A stretch of DNA of 30,882 nucleotides from a virus. Lineage: Duplodnaviria; Caudoviricetes. The stretch is from positions 1 to 30,882 of the IMG/VR virus record IMGVR_UViG_3300037313_002051; one strand, given 5' to 3'. How positions within the stretch are numbered: the first letter of the stretch is position 1; every line of letters starts with the position of its first letter. Positions 16,824 through 24,889 of the stretch are shown here, piece after piece. The position numbers were made by a program, and so were the translations under genes. Under the pieces are notes generated by a model that saw nothing but the letters and a program-made list of their open reading frames with translations, was not told the DNA's origin and ran no database searches.

Positions 16824-17107
16824 CGTCGGTGGAGCGACGTCGATAGCTCGGCGTCGCTCCATTCGCTGTCGTTCGGCCGTAGCCCGGCGCGTCGCTCGCC
16901 GATCGCGAAGTAATACGCCGCGAGTCGGCGAGCGCTCTTGTCGTCGAGGTGCCGCCACGTCGACGCAATCGCTTGCGCGACGTATGCGATGGTATCGCCT
17001 TTCTCGATCACCAGCTCGACGTGCTTGGTGAGCAAGACGCGCAGCGGCTTGGCGCCGAGCGTCATCTCTGTCGGCTTCGGAATGCGGTCGTGCGTCGTGA
17101 GCTTCAT
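16808..17107 (-). CDS. Hypothetical protein (99 aa)
   Basis: ATGA overlap with the RuvC-like gene. MKLTTHDRIPKPTEM... Confidence 0.65.
   Translation of the reverse strand: MKLTTHDRIPKPTEMTLGAKPLRVLLTKHVELVIEKGDTIAYVAQAIASTWRHLDDKSARRLAAYYFAIGERRAGLRPNDSEWSDAELSTSLHRRYLSR
16830..16861 (+). terminator. Hairpin at the convergence of the two transcription arms
   Basis: TGGAGCGACGTCGA-TAGC-TCGGCGTCGCTCCA, a 14-bp stem just after the last plus-strand stop. U-tract is weak. Confidence 0.55.
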
Positions 17108-17721
17108 GCGAGGGCGTCGAGAGTTGGAGTAGAGCCGTTCGCCGTCGGGAGCTTCCACCAGGCGTCGGGCGCGATGAGGTCGCCGTGCTCGGGGCGATAC
17201 GCCAAGTGCGCCTCGATCGTCAGCGAGCGCAGCGCGCGAGCGTTCTTCACGAGGGCCGTCATCAGCTCGACATGCTTCGCGAGGAGATGCCGCGAGAGTA
17301 CGCGCCACGCTGCGCGACAATGCTGCCACTGCGTCGTGTTCGGGTTCGGCCAGCGCCGACGCCACGATTCGAGGTAGAGCGAGATCGGCAGGTGCTGTAG
17401 TTCTTTGTCCGGATCGCCCGGCGGGACGAGGGCGAACGTCGTCAGGCCGTCGCACTCGGCGATGTACTGTAGCGCGCCGAGCAAGCGCAGCGTGCCTCCG
17501 TCGGAGAAACGATTGTACCCAACTGGCCGCTGTCGATAGTCCTCGACGATCAAGCGCGTCGGCAACTCGCGGCGCACGAGGTTGACGCGCTCGACAAACG
17601 CCCGGTCGCGCAAGTCGAAGACGGCGCTGCTCGCGCGATAGAGTCCGCCGCTGACGGTGAGTTGCGCGTAGCCCATCCAGCGCTCGCCGGGATCGATCGC
17701 CGTGAACTCGAGTCGACTCAT
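17104..17721 (-). CDS. RuvC-like Holliday junction resolvase
   Basis: N-terminal FTAIDPGERWMGYA, LIVEDY and TLRLLGAL match the RNase H/RuvC fold. Confidence 0.75.
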   Translation of the reverse strand: MSRLEFTAIDPGERWMGYAQLTVSGGLYRASSAVFDLRDRAFVERVNLVRRELPTRLIVEDYRQRPVGYNRFSDGGTLRLLGALQYIAECDGLTTFALVPPGDPDKELQHLPISLYLESWRRRWPNPNTTQWQHCRAAWRVLSRHLLAKHVELMTALVKNARALRSLTIEAHLAYRPEHGDLIAPDAWWKLPTANGSTPTLDALA

Positions 17722-17921
17722 GCTTTCTTCCTCTCGAATTGCTTCAGCTCGCGCTCGACGGCATCGACTTGGTCCAGTAGTATATCGAGATCGAAACTGG
17801 AGCCGGCAGTTAAACGACCATCGTTCAACTCGATTTTCCTTAGAAGATTTTCACGGGCCTTGATGAGCTGGCGCAGCGAAAGCTCGCTGAGCGGCGTGCC
17901 CTTGTACGTAATCTCGCTCAT
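17718..17921 (-). CDS. Small coiled-coil hypothetical protein (67 aa)
   Basis: ATGA overlaps at both ends. Noticeably more AT-rich than its flanks. Confidence 0.7.
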   Translation of the reverse strand: MSEITYKGTPLSELSLRQLIKARENLLRKIELNDGRLTAGSSFDLDILLDQVDAVERELKQFERKKA

Positions 17922-19888
17922 AGCTTCACCTTCGTCTTCTCCTGCCAGTTCGTCGACGAGCCGCTCATATCGGCGATGATCGGCACCTTGAAGCGCTTCA
18001 GCTCCTGCATCAGTTCGAGGACTTTGCGATCCGTGCGCGGGTCGCCCTCGCTTTCGTAGATGTTCTCGTCGTGCACTTGCAGCAAGAGCGCGATCTCGCC
18101 TGTCCCGAGCTGGAGTTCGCGATAGAGCGCGACGAGCCCCTTCTTCGCCTGGCGTGCGGCGCTGCCCTGCACCTTCGTGTTGAACGCGGCGTAGAAGCGC
18201 TCGGTCATAAAGCGATGCCCGCCGTACGCGTCCATCACGAAGCCGCGCGCTTCGGCGAGTTCGCGCTCGCGATTGATCGCTTTCTTCATCGCTGGCATCG
18301 TCGAGTCGAAGTACGTCACGAGCAGTTGCGCGAGCGAGCGAAACGGAATCTCGCCGGGTTTGAGCTTATGCCCAAGCTCGCGACAGCCGGCAATCGCTTC
18401 TTCGGGTTCGAGGAGGTTCGTGAGTTGCTCCTCGATCTTCCCGACGCCCCCGCCGAAGATCTTCGTGAAGTTGAGGATCTTGCCGAACTTACGCTGCTGG
18501 CCCTGCGGCTCGCGCGTCCCGAGGCCGTACATATTCTGCGCCGTCGCGCGATGCGTGTCGAAGTCCGGGTCTTCGTTGAAGCCGCGGATGAACGTCTCCT
18601 CGTTCGCGAAATGCGACGCGTAGCGCATCTCGACTTGGCTATAGTCGGCGAAGCGCAGTACGAGTCCCTTGCGCGGTCGATACGCTTTGCGCACGCCCGA
18701 GGTTCGCGTCTGTTGCTGCATGTTCGGCTCGGCGCACGACATCCGCCCGGTCTCGGCGCCGCTCTGGCGGATCGTCGGGTGAATCGCGCCATCGTCGGCG
18801 ATATGCTCCTGCAAGCTGACGGCGTACGACGAGTGTTGCTTGAGGACTTCGCGATATTCTTTTAGCACGGGCCCGATCTTATGCGGCAAGCGCACGAGGG
18901 CCACCGCGTGCGTCGCCGGCTGCGGCTCTTTCTCGTCGTCGTCCGGCTCGGTCCAGTACTCGACCGGCAGCCCGAGCCCGCCGGCGCTGCGCGGGCCGTA
19001 GAGCAACTGGCGTAATTGCGGCACGCTATTCCAATTGATCTCCTTCTTGCCGGCGAGCTTCCACAGTCGGCGCCGCAAGACCTCGAGCTTCGCGTCAAGC
19101 TCGACGCGCCACGCCTCGAGGAACTCGCGGTCGCACATGATGCCGCGCTCCTCCATATCGCGCAGCGCGAGCAAGAGCCAGCGCTCGGTGTCGTACACTT
19201 CCATCAGTGGTGGGTAATCGCCCTCGGGCTGCATCCAGTGGCGGATGCGCTCGATGAATTGGTGGTGCAGCTGGAGCGTATACCACGGGTCCATCGCCGA
19301 GTATTCGGCGTACTCTTTCGGCGGGGCCATAAGCCAGTCGCCCTTCGTCTTGCCGCCGGCCGCTTTGATCGCCGCCATCAATGCTTTCTCGTGGTCGTAC
19401 GCGTCGGGATCGACGTAGACCTCGGCGAGCGATTTGAGATGATGGTCTTGCTTCAGCTTCCAGTGCGGTGACGGCTTGATCGCGAAGGCCCCGCGGTTAT
19501 CGACGATGAACGACTCGATCTGCGTATCGTGCACCGGGTACGGGACGTGAAGCCCGAACGTGCCGCGCAAGAAATGCAGGTCGAACTTCGCGTTGTGGAA
19601 GACGAGCGTTCGGCGCCGCTTCACTTCGTCGGCGAGCCAGCGCACCATCGGCCCGAGCGCGCCGTGCGTCGCGAAAATCGCCGTCTCGCCGGCCGCGAGA
19701 CAGAGCCCGCCGACGCGCTCGGTGCGCCAGTTGAGGCCCGTCGTTTCGGTATCGACGGCGAGCACGCCGTGGCCGAGCCGCGCAATCCAGCGATCGAGGC
19801 CGTCCGGTGACGTGAGATGTGTGAGTCGGCGCGGGCGACGCGCCTGGTAAACGATGCGCGATTGAACGCGCACGCGTGTCGTCGGCAT
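17918..19888 (-). CDS. polA: DNA polymerase, family A, with 3'-5' exonuclease
   Basis: Exo I VDTETTG, Exo II HNAKFDL, Exo III YSAMD; TGRMSCAEPNMQQ; motif A ADYSQVEMR, motif B RKFGKILNFTKIFG, motif C QVHDE. Start ATG 19888 in a TAATG overlap. Confidence 0.95.
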   Translation of the reverse strand: MPTTRVRVQSRIVYQARRPRRLTHLTSPDGLDRWIARLGHGVLAVDTETTGLNWRTERVGGLCLAAGETAIFATHGALGPMVRWLADEVKRRRTLVFHNAKFDLHFLRGTFGLHVPYPVHDTQIESFIVDNRGAFAIKPSPHWKLKQDHHLKSLAEVYVDPDAYDHEKALMAAIKAAGGKTKGDWLMAPPKEYAEYSAMDPWYTLQLHHQFIERIRHWMQPEGDYPPLMEVYDTERWLLLALRDMEERGIMCDREFLEAWRVELDAKLEVLRRRLWKLAGKKEINWNSVPQLRQLLYGPRSAGGLGLPVEYWTEPDDDEKEPQPATHAVALVRLPHKIGPVLKEYREVLKQHSSYAVSLQEHIADDGAIHPTIRQSGAETGRMSCAEPNMQQQTRTSGVRKAYRPRKGLVLRFADYSQVEMRYASHFANEETFIRGFNEDPDFDTHRATAQNMYGLGTREPQGQQRKFGKILNFTKIFGGGVGKIEEQLTNLLEPEEAIAGCRELGHKLKPGEIPFRSLAQLLVTYFDSTMPAMKKAINRERELAEARGFVMDAYGGHRFMTERFYAAFNTKVQGSAARQAKKGLVALYRELQLGTGEIALLLQVHDENIYESEGDPRTDRKVLELMQELKRFKVPIIADMSGSSTNWQEKTKVKL

Positions 19889-20415
19889 TAGATGTGCACG
19901 CCGGTGAAGATGTGGACGAGCCTCGGGTAGAGCTTCTCGTTCGAGTTGCGCTTGAGCGCGAAGACGTTCGCTCGCGCGCACATGAACGTGACGCGCTTCC
20001 ACTTGATCCCGAGCGAGAGGCCGAGGCCGTCGATGAGCGTCACGTCGTATCCGAGCCCGCCGATCAGCTCGAGGCTGCGGTAGAAGAGCGTGAGGTTACG
20101 GCGCTCGACGAACCCGCCGACGAGGCAGAAGTCGCCGCGCTCGCCGTGGTAGCCGTTGCCCGCCTTCTCGCGCCCGAAGCGAATTGACGCCGCGCCCTTC
20201 GCCTTCAGCTTCGCGCCGACGCGCATCGTTTCCTCTGGGATGATGTACGATTTCCACCGCTTCTCCGCGCGATCGGGATTGATCTTGACGATCTTCGCGC
20301 CGTAGCCGGTGTGCCAGCGCTCTACGGTCGCGACGAGCGGCCGGTACGAGCGCGTCTTATACGTCGGGACGAGCGCCGCGAACATCTCGGGCAGGTCGCT
20401 GTAGCTGACGATCAT
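19888..20415 (-). CDS. Divergent, short thymidylate-synthase-fold protein (175 aa)
   Basis: GDFC...LTLFYRSLELIGGLGYD aligns with ThyA PC...LYQRSCDVFLGLPFN. ATGA-coupled start. Confidence 0.65.
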   Translation of the reverse strand: MIVSYSDLPEMFAALVPTYKTRSYRPLVATVERWHTGYGAKIVKINPDRAEKRWKSYIIPEETMRVGAKLKAKGAASIRFGREKAGNGYHGERGDFCLVGGFVERRNLTLFYRSLELIGGLGYDVTLIDGLGLSLGIKWKRVTFMCARANVFALKRNSNEKLYPRLVHIFTGVHI

Positions 20416-20714
20416 CGCGGATGCTCCATCGTCGCGAGGACGCGCTCGCCGCTGATGAACTTCGTGATGACGTACTGGCGCGGCACGACTTCGGGATATT
20501 TCCCGAGCGCTTCGTACGCGTTGAAGTACTTCTCCCATCCCTCTTCGAGGTCGCGCGCGAGCGACTCCGGTACGAGCCGCGAAGTTAGTCCCGGCTTGCC
20601 CATGCGCGCCGCTTCGATGATGGCGTCCGGCTCGCGCACGACGCGCACGCCCGAGAGTACGCCGTGATCGATGATCACGAGCACCTCGCGCTCGGTCTCT
20701 TGCTCGTCGCTCAT
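20412..20714 (-). CDS. Hypothetical protein (100 aa) within the modification cluster
   Basis: ATGA overlaps on both sides. MSDEQETEREVLVIIDHG... Confidence 0.75.
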   Translation of the reverse strand: MSDEQETEREVLVIIDHGVLSGVRVVREPDAIIEAARMGKPGLTSRLVPESLARDLEEGWEKYFNAYEALGKYPEVVPRQYVITKFISGERVLATMEHPR

Positions 20715-21787
20715 TTCGCACCTACGTGATCGAGGAGTTGCGGGATGATCCAGCGCGGGAAGCCGGACGGGACGGCCTTGCCGGTGAAGAAGACGAGCCG
20801 CATCAGTTCGCGCTTCGCGTCGCGCTCGGCGCCCCCGATCGCGAAATCGTCGGGCCACTGCATCAGGCGCGCGCGCTCGCGCGCCGTCAGCGGCCAGCCT
20901 GTCATCGGGTGATGGATCGACGGCAGGCCTGTGATCGTGCGCGAGTACTTCGCGACGTCGAGCCGCTGGCGGCCGATCTTTACGGCGATGCGCCCGGCCC
21001 GCGTCTTATACGGCCACGCGCGATCGGGCGCGATCGAGAGGAAGCCGAGAGCCAGCTCGGCGCCGCGCTGCACGTTGAGTCCGTCGACCGTTGTGCGATA
21101 GTCACCGGTGAGCATGCGGTGCGGTGCGAGATGCACGTGGCCGAGTTCGGGCAGGTCGCGCCACGGCTCCCACGGCAGGCCGTCGAATGCCTCGAGCGCC
21201 GTCTTCGGCCCGGGCAAGCGTTTGCGCGGCGCGCGATACTCGAAGGCTTTCAACGGGCGTCGCACGCCGACGACCCAGAGACGCTTGCGCAGTTGCGGCG
21301 TGCCGAAGTCCCAGTTCATCATCGTGATGAACGTGAGCCGATAGCTCGGCAACTGCGCGCGCCACCAGTCGGGCGGCGCCGAGGTCGTGAGGATCTTCGG
21401 CAAGTTATCGAGCATGAACACGCGCGGCTTAATCGCGTTCACCGTAGCGATGAACTGCGGCAGCATGCCCTGCGCGTTCGCTCGCCTGCGATGATAGCGC
21501 GCGCGCTGCGCGTCGCTCATGTCGTCGACGCGCGCCGACGAGTTCCCGAGTGTCGAGTGCGTGCCGCATGGCGGATGCCCGAGCACGAGATCGATGTCAA
21601 GCGAGGACGAGAACTTCGTCGTTTCTCCGGTGAGGAATGGCACGTTCGGGAAGTTGCGATCCCAGATGAGATCACGCGCCGTGCGAAACTGCGGGCGCAG
21701 TTCGTAGTTGCCGACGATCTCACACCCGGCGTCTTGCGCTTCGCGCAGCAACGAGCCGACGCCGCAGAGGACGCCGAACGCTCTCAT
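20711..21787 (-). CDS. Divergent C5-cytosine DNA methyltransferase homologue
   Basis: Motifs in canonical order: I GVLCGVGS, IV GHPPCGTHS, VI MLDNL, VIII DFGTPQLRKRLWVVG, IX LTARERARLMQWPDDF, X TGKAVP. Confidence 0.9.
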   Translation of the reverse strand: MRAFGVLCGVGSLLREAQDAGCEIVGNYELRPQFRTARDLIWDRNFPNVPFLTGETTKFSSSLDIDLVLGHPPCGTHSTLGNSSARVDDMSDAQRARYHRRRANAQGMLPQFIATVNAIKPRVFMLDNLPKILTTSAPPDWWRAQLPSYRLTFITMMNWDFGTPQLRKRLWVVGVRRPLKAFEYRAPRKRLPGPKTALEAFDGLPWEPWRDLPELGHVHLAPHRMLTGDYRTTVDGLNVQRGAELALGFLSIAPDRAWPYKTRAGRIAVKIGRQRLDVAKYSRTITGLPSIHHPMTGWPLTARERARLMQWPDDFAIGGAERDAKRELMRLVFFTGKAVPSGFPRWIIPQLLDHVGAK

Positions 21788-22200
21788 AGCTGCCCGCCCG
21801 CGACTTCGAGCAGACGGCGCAGATGCGGCTCAGGCGATTCCCAGTCCGCCGGCTTGACGATGTCGTGCGTATGCCCTCGACCCGTGCGCGCTTCGCTATC
21901 GGCGGCACTCTCTGCGCGCTCCTTCGTCATATTCGCGGCGTGGACGAGCCGAAAGCCGAGGTCGAGCGGGAAGCCGTGCCAGAGCGCGGTGCCGTAGGCG
22001 ACGTAGACGAGATCAATCAGCGCGTCGAATTGCTTCACGAGGTCGCCGTCCGCGAGCGCCCTCTCGTACTCGGCCAGCTCCTCGCGCAAGAACTTCACGC
22101 GGAACTCGGCGTCGGCGCCGTCGAGGCGCACGGGAACACGAGCGACGGGCACGGCGAAGCGCTGATGGAAATCGCGAACGAGATCGAGGTTCGTCTTCAT
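21784..22200 (-). CDS. MazG-like / PRA-PH family nucleotide pyrophosphohydrolase
   Basis: VRDFHQRF, FLREELAEY, DALIDLVYVAYG, VHAANMTK, IVKPADW. Confidence 0.92.
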   Translation of the reverse strand: MKTNLDLVRDFHQRFAVPVARVPVRLDGADAEFRVKFLREELAEYERALADGDLVKQFDALIDLVYVAYGTALWHGFPLDLGFRLVHAANMTKERAESAADSEARTGRGHTHDIVKPADWESPEPHLRRLLEVAGGQL

Positions 22201-22775
22201 GCGACGTGGCGGCAGGAGGGGAAGACGCGAGCGCCGACCGGCTGGTGGTAGCCGGCGAGCGTCTCGCCGTGGGAGATGAGGATGTTCGTGCGCTCGATCT
22301 CGGCGAGCGGCGACGTCCAGTCGTATCGCACGACTGGGATGGGATGGAAGATGCGCGCGATGTTGCGCCGATACGCGCGCACGATCACGAGCGGGTCTTT
22401 GTCATAAAGCTGCTCGCGTTCGTGCCACGTGCGGCGCACTTCGTCGTCGGAGACGTCGCAGTGCACAACGATCGCCCCGTGCGAGAGCAGCATGGCTTTG
22501 ATGAGGTAGTGCTCGCGGTCGCTCATGCGGCACCCGCCGCGAAAGAGCTTCCCGTAGACGCACTCAGACGCGAGCAGGCGATCCGCGACGCCGAACGTCA
22601 CGCTCGGCTCGCCCTCGTGCCCGACCAGCATGTTCAGATAGGACTGGCCGATGGTCTCGCCGCGCTTCGGCTGGAAGCGCTCGCGCTTGAGAACGTGCAG
22701 TCGGCTGTCCGCCTCGAGGAGCTGTTGAATAAGCGTGCTCTTGCCGACGTTGTCGGCCCCTTCCACGACGATCAT
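22197..22775 (-). CDS. dNMP kinase (thymidylate-kinase-like)
   Basis: MIVVEGADNVGKSTL P-loop and DRLLASECVYG. ATGA-coupled. Confidence 0.88.
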   Translation of the reverse strand: MIVVEGADNVGKSTLIQQLLEADSRLHVLKRERFQPKRGETIGQSYLNMLVGHEGEPSVTFGVADRLLASECVYGKLFRGGCRMSDREHYLIKAMLLSHGAIVVHCDVSDDEVRRTWHEREQLYDKDPLVIVRAYRRNIARIFHPIPVVRYDWTSPLAEIERTNILISHGETLAGYHQPVGARVFPSCRHVA

Positions 22776-24889
22776 CGGACAAGCTCCTGCTGAAGGGTAA
22801 TGCCGCGCCAGCCGCGCAGCCCGTTCGATTTCTTCGCGCTGAGGTCGGCGCGCTCGCCGAGCATCCGCGTAAACCAGCCGAGCGAGATCACCGCGCTGCG
22901 CGGACCGCGCGTCTCGACCCACCAATCGCCGAAGACGCGATAGAGGTCGACCGTCGACGTCCACGCGCTGGTGTCGAGCGCCGCGCGCGCCGTGATGAAC
23001 TCGCCAAGGAGATCGTTCTCTTCCTTGTAATCATGCGTCGAGCGCTTGACGGCGCGCGGCTCGTTGAGGCCTTCAGCTTGCCAGCGTAAGCAGCCTTCGA
23101 GGGCCCAGACGAGGATGCCGGGCAACTCGGCGCGCAGCGTCGCCTCGAGGTCTTTCTCGCGTCCGCGCTCGAATCGCCGACGAAACGGGACGAGGCGCAT
23201 GCGACGCCAGAATGCGTCGGTCTGCTCCTTCACGATCGGCCGATGGTTCGCCGCGAGGAAGAGCTTATGCGTCGGTCGATACTCGACCTCGGCCTCGTAG
23301 AGCTTGCGCGCGACGATCGTATCCGAGCCGGTCAGCGCTTTCACCACACGACCGTCAAACCCGCGCTCGCTATCGGCCTCGCTCGCCGCGACGAAGCGCG
23401 CCCCGCGCATGCGCGCGAGATCCGTGCGCGGCCCGTCGCCGCTACGCCCCATGAAGCTCGAGAAGTCGGCCGTTAGCGCGTACGGGCCGAAGAGGCCGCG
23501 CAGCGTTTCGAGAAACGTACTCTTGCCGTTCGCGCCTTGCCCGTAGCAGAAGAAGAGACACTGCTCGCGCGTATCGCCGGTCATCGCGTAGCCGACCGCG
23601 CGCTGGAGAAAATCGACCAACTCGGCGTCGTCGTCCATTACCTCGAGCATGAAGCGGCGCCAGCGTTGCGCCTTCGCGCGCGGGCTGTACTCGACCGGCG
23701 CGAGCCGCGTAATGAGGTCCTCGCGGCGATGCGGGCGCAGCGCACCCGAGCGCAGGTCGAGTGTCCCGTTCTCGACGTTGAAGAGCCATGGGTCGGCGTC
23801 GAGTCGATCGCTCGTCAGCGCGATCTCGGGTTCGGTCGCGGCGAGTTCGATCATCGCGCGGATCTTATTCGCCTGCTCGCTCTTCGACGCGTGCTTGAGG
23901 AGCTTTTCGCGCTCCTCTTCGTCGCCGAGCGTCGCCGCTTCACTCCAGATGCTACGCACCGTCGTCTTCGCCATGCGTGCGACTTCGCCGGTCTCGTCGG
24001 CGCCCCAGTTCGTGCCCTCCCAGATCAACCATGGGTTGCGTTGCGACGCGACGGCGCGCACCCCGTCGCCGTGTTGCGCGATGAAACGCCTGGCGTTGCC
24101 GAGGTCCGTGGCGTTTTCGGTCTTCGCGGCCGGCGCCTTACTGCCGATCGATCGCGCGATCTTACGGAGCTGGCTATCCTTCAGCGGTGGATCGCATCGC
24201 GTCGCGTTCTCTTCGCGCAGCGCGGCGAGAATCGCGTCTTCGCTTGCGCCGCGTCGCCGCATCGACCCTGCGAGCGACGTGAGCAAATCGTCGCGCTCGC
24301 CCTCGCCGAGCGACGGCGGGAGCGGCGGGGCCGAGCCTTTTCCATCGCTGTGTCGCTCGGCGCGCGTCGCCTCGACGACGGCGAAGATTGACGACGGGAG
24401 CGGCGCGAGCGCGATACGCGAGAGCCATGCGTAGCGCTTGCCGGTTTCGGGGTGAATGCTCGGCGGCGCGACGACGTATCCGCCATCACCGAGCACGTCG
24501 AGCGCGACCTTCTCGCCGTCGCTATTCTTCACCTTGATCGTGCGCTTCACACGCGCGCCGTTGAGCATCGGCGCGTAGTAGAGATGCCGTCGCCCTGCGC
24601 GACTGCGCACCTCGCGCGTCTCGGGCAAGTCGAGCGCCTCGGCGAGCGCCTGGCCGCTCGGGCCGTCGATGTCGACGACGATCGGACCGTTGAGCGAACT
24701 GCACGCGATTCCCACATTCGCTTCGGGATACTCGCGCCACCAGCGGCGTATCTGCTTCGGGTCCGTCGTCGCGTCGCGATGCCCGTGCGAGCCCGCATAG
24801 GGGCGCTTGCCGTCGAGCGGGAACACTGCCCACCCACGCTTCGCGTACGCGAGCGCCGCAGCGAGGCACTCCGCCGTCATCGTCGTCAC
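22772..24889 (-). CDS. Primase-polymerase / PriCT / D5-like SF3 helicase
   Basis: ALAYAKRGWAVFPL, ANVGI, VVDID, GRRHLYY, GGYVVAPPSIH; EGERDDLLTSLAG; NATDLGNARRF; YGQGANGKSTF; FWRRMRLVPF. Confidence 0.95.
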   Translation of the reverse strand: MTTMTAECLAAALAYAKRGWAVFPLDGKRPYAGSHGHRDATTDPKQIRRWWREYPEANVGIACSSLNGPIVVDIDGPSGQALAEALDLPETREVRSRAGRRHLYYAPMLNGARVKRTIKVKNSDGEKVALDVLGDGGYVVAPPSIHPETGKRYAWLSRIALAPLPSSIFAVVEATRAERHSDGKGSAPPLPPSLGEGERDDLLTSLAGSMRRRGASEDAILAALREENATRCDPPLKDSQLRKIARSIGSKAPAAKTENATDLGNARRFIAQHGDGVRAVASQRNPWLIWEGTNWGADETGEVARMAKTTVRSIWSEAATLGDEEEREKLLKHASKSEQANKIRAMIELAATEPEIALTSDRLDADPWLFNVENGTLDLRSGALRPHRREDLITRLAPVEYSPRAKAQRWRRFMLEVMDDDAELVDFLQRAVGYAMTGDTREQCLFFCYGQGANGKSTFLETLRGLFGPYALTADFSSFMGRSGDGPRTDLARMRGARFVAASEADSERGFDGRVVKALTGSDTIVARKLYEAEVEYRPTHKLFLAANHRPIVKEQTDAFWRRMRLVPFRRRFERGREKDLEATLRAELPGILVWALEGCLRWQAEGLNEPRAVKRSTHDYKEENDLLGEFITARAALDTSAWTSTVDLYRVFGDWWVETRGPRSAVISLGWFTRMLGERADLSAKKSNGLRGWRGITLQQELVR

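Noticed and set aside
15023-16861. Accessory island as a mobile element or attachment/lysogeny region
   Set aside because: No integrase, transposase, terminal repeats or target-site duplication seen.
19889-20002. N-terminal extensions given in the ORF track for PolA (also for 875, 1326, 20721, 20858, 22964, 17455)
   Set aside because: Internal starts that overlap the upstream stop codon fit better and remove long overlaps.
20711-21787. MTase as part of a restriction-modification pair or as a decayed pseudogene
   Set aside because: There is no adjacent endonuclease. The frame is intact, coupled at both ends, and keeps the catalytic Cys and motifs VIII-IX.
17918-22775. 2-aminoadenine (Z) or 7-deazaguanine pathway suggested by MazG plus PolA
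   Set aside because: No PurZ, DatZ, Que or DpdA homologues are recognisable. The TS-fold genes point to pyrimidine modification.
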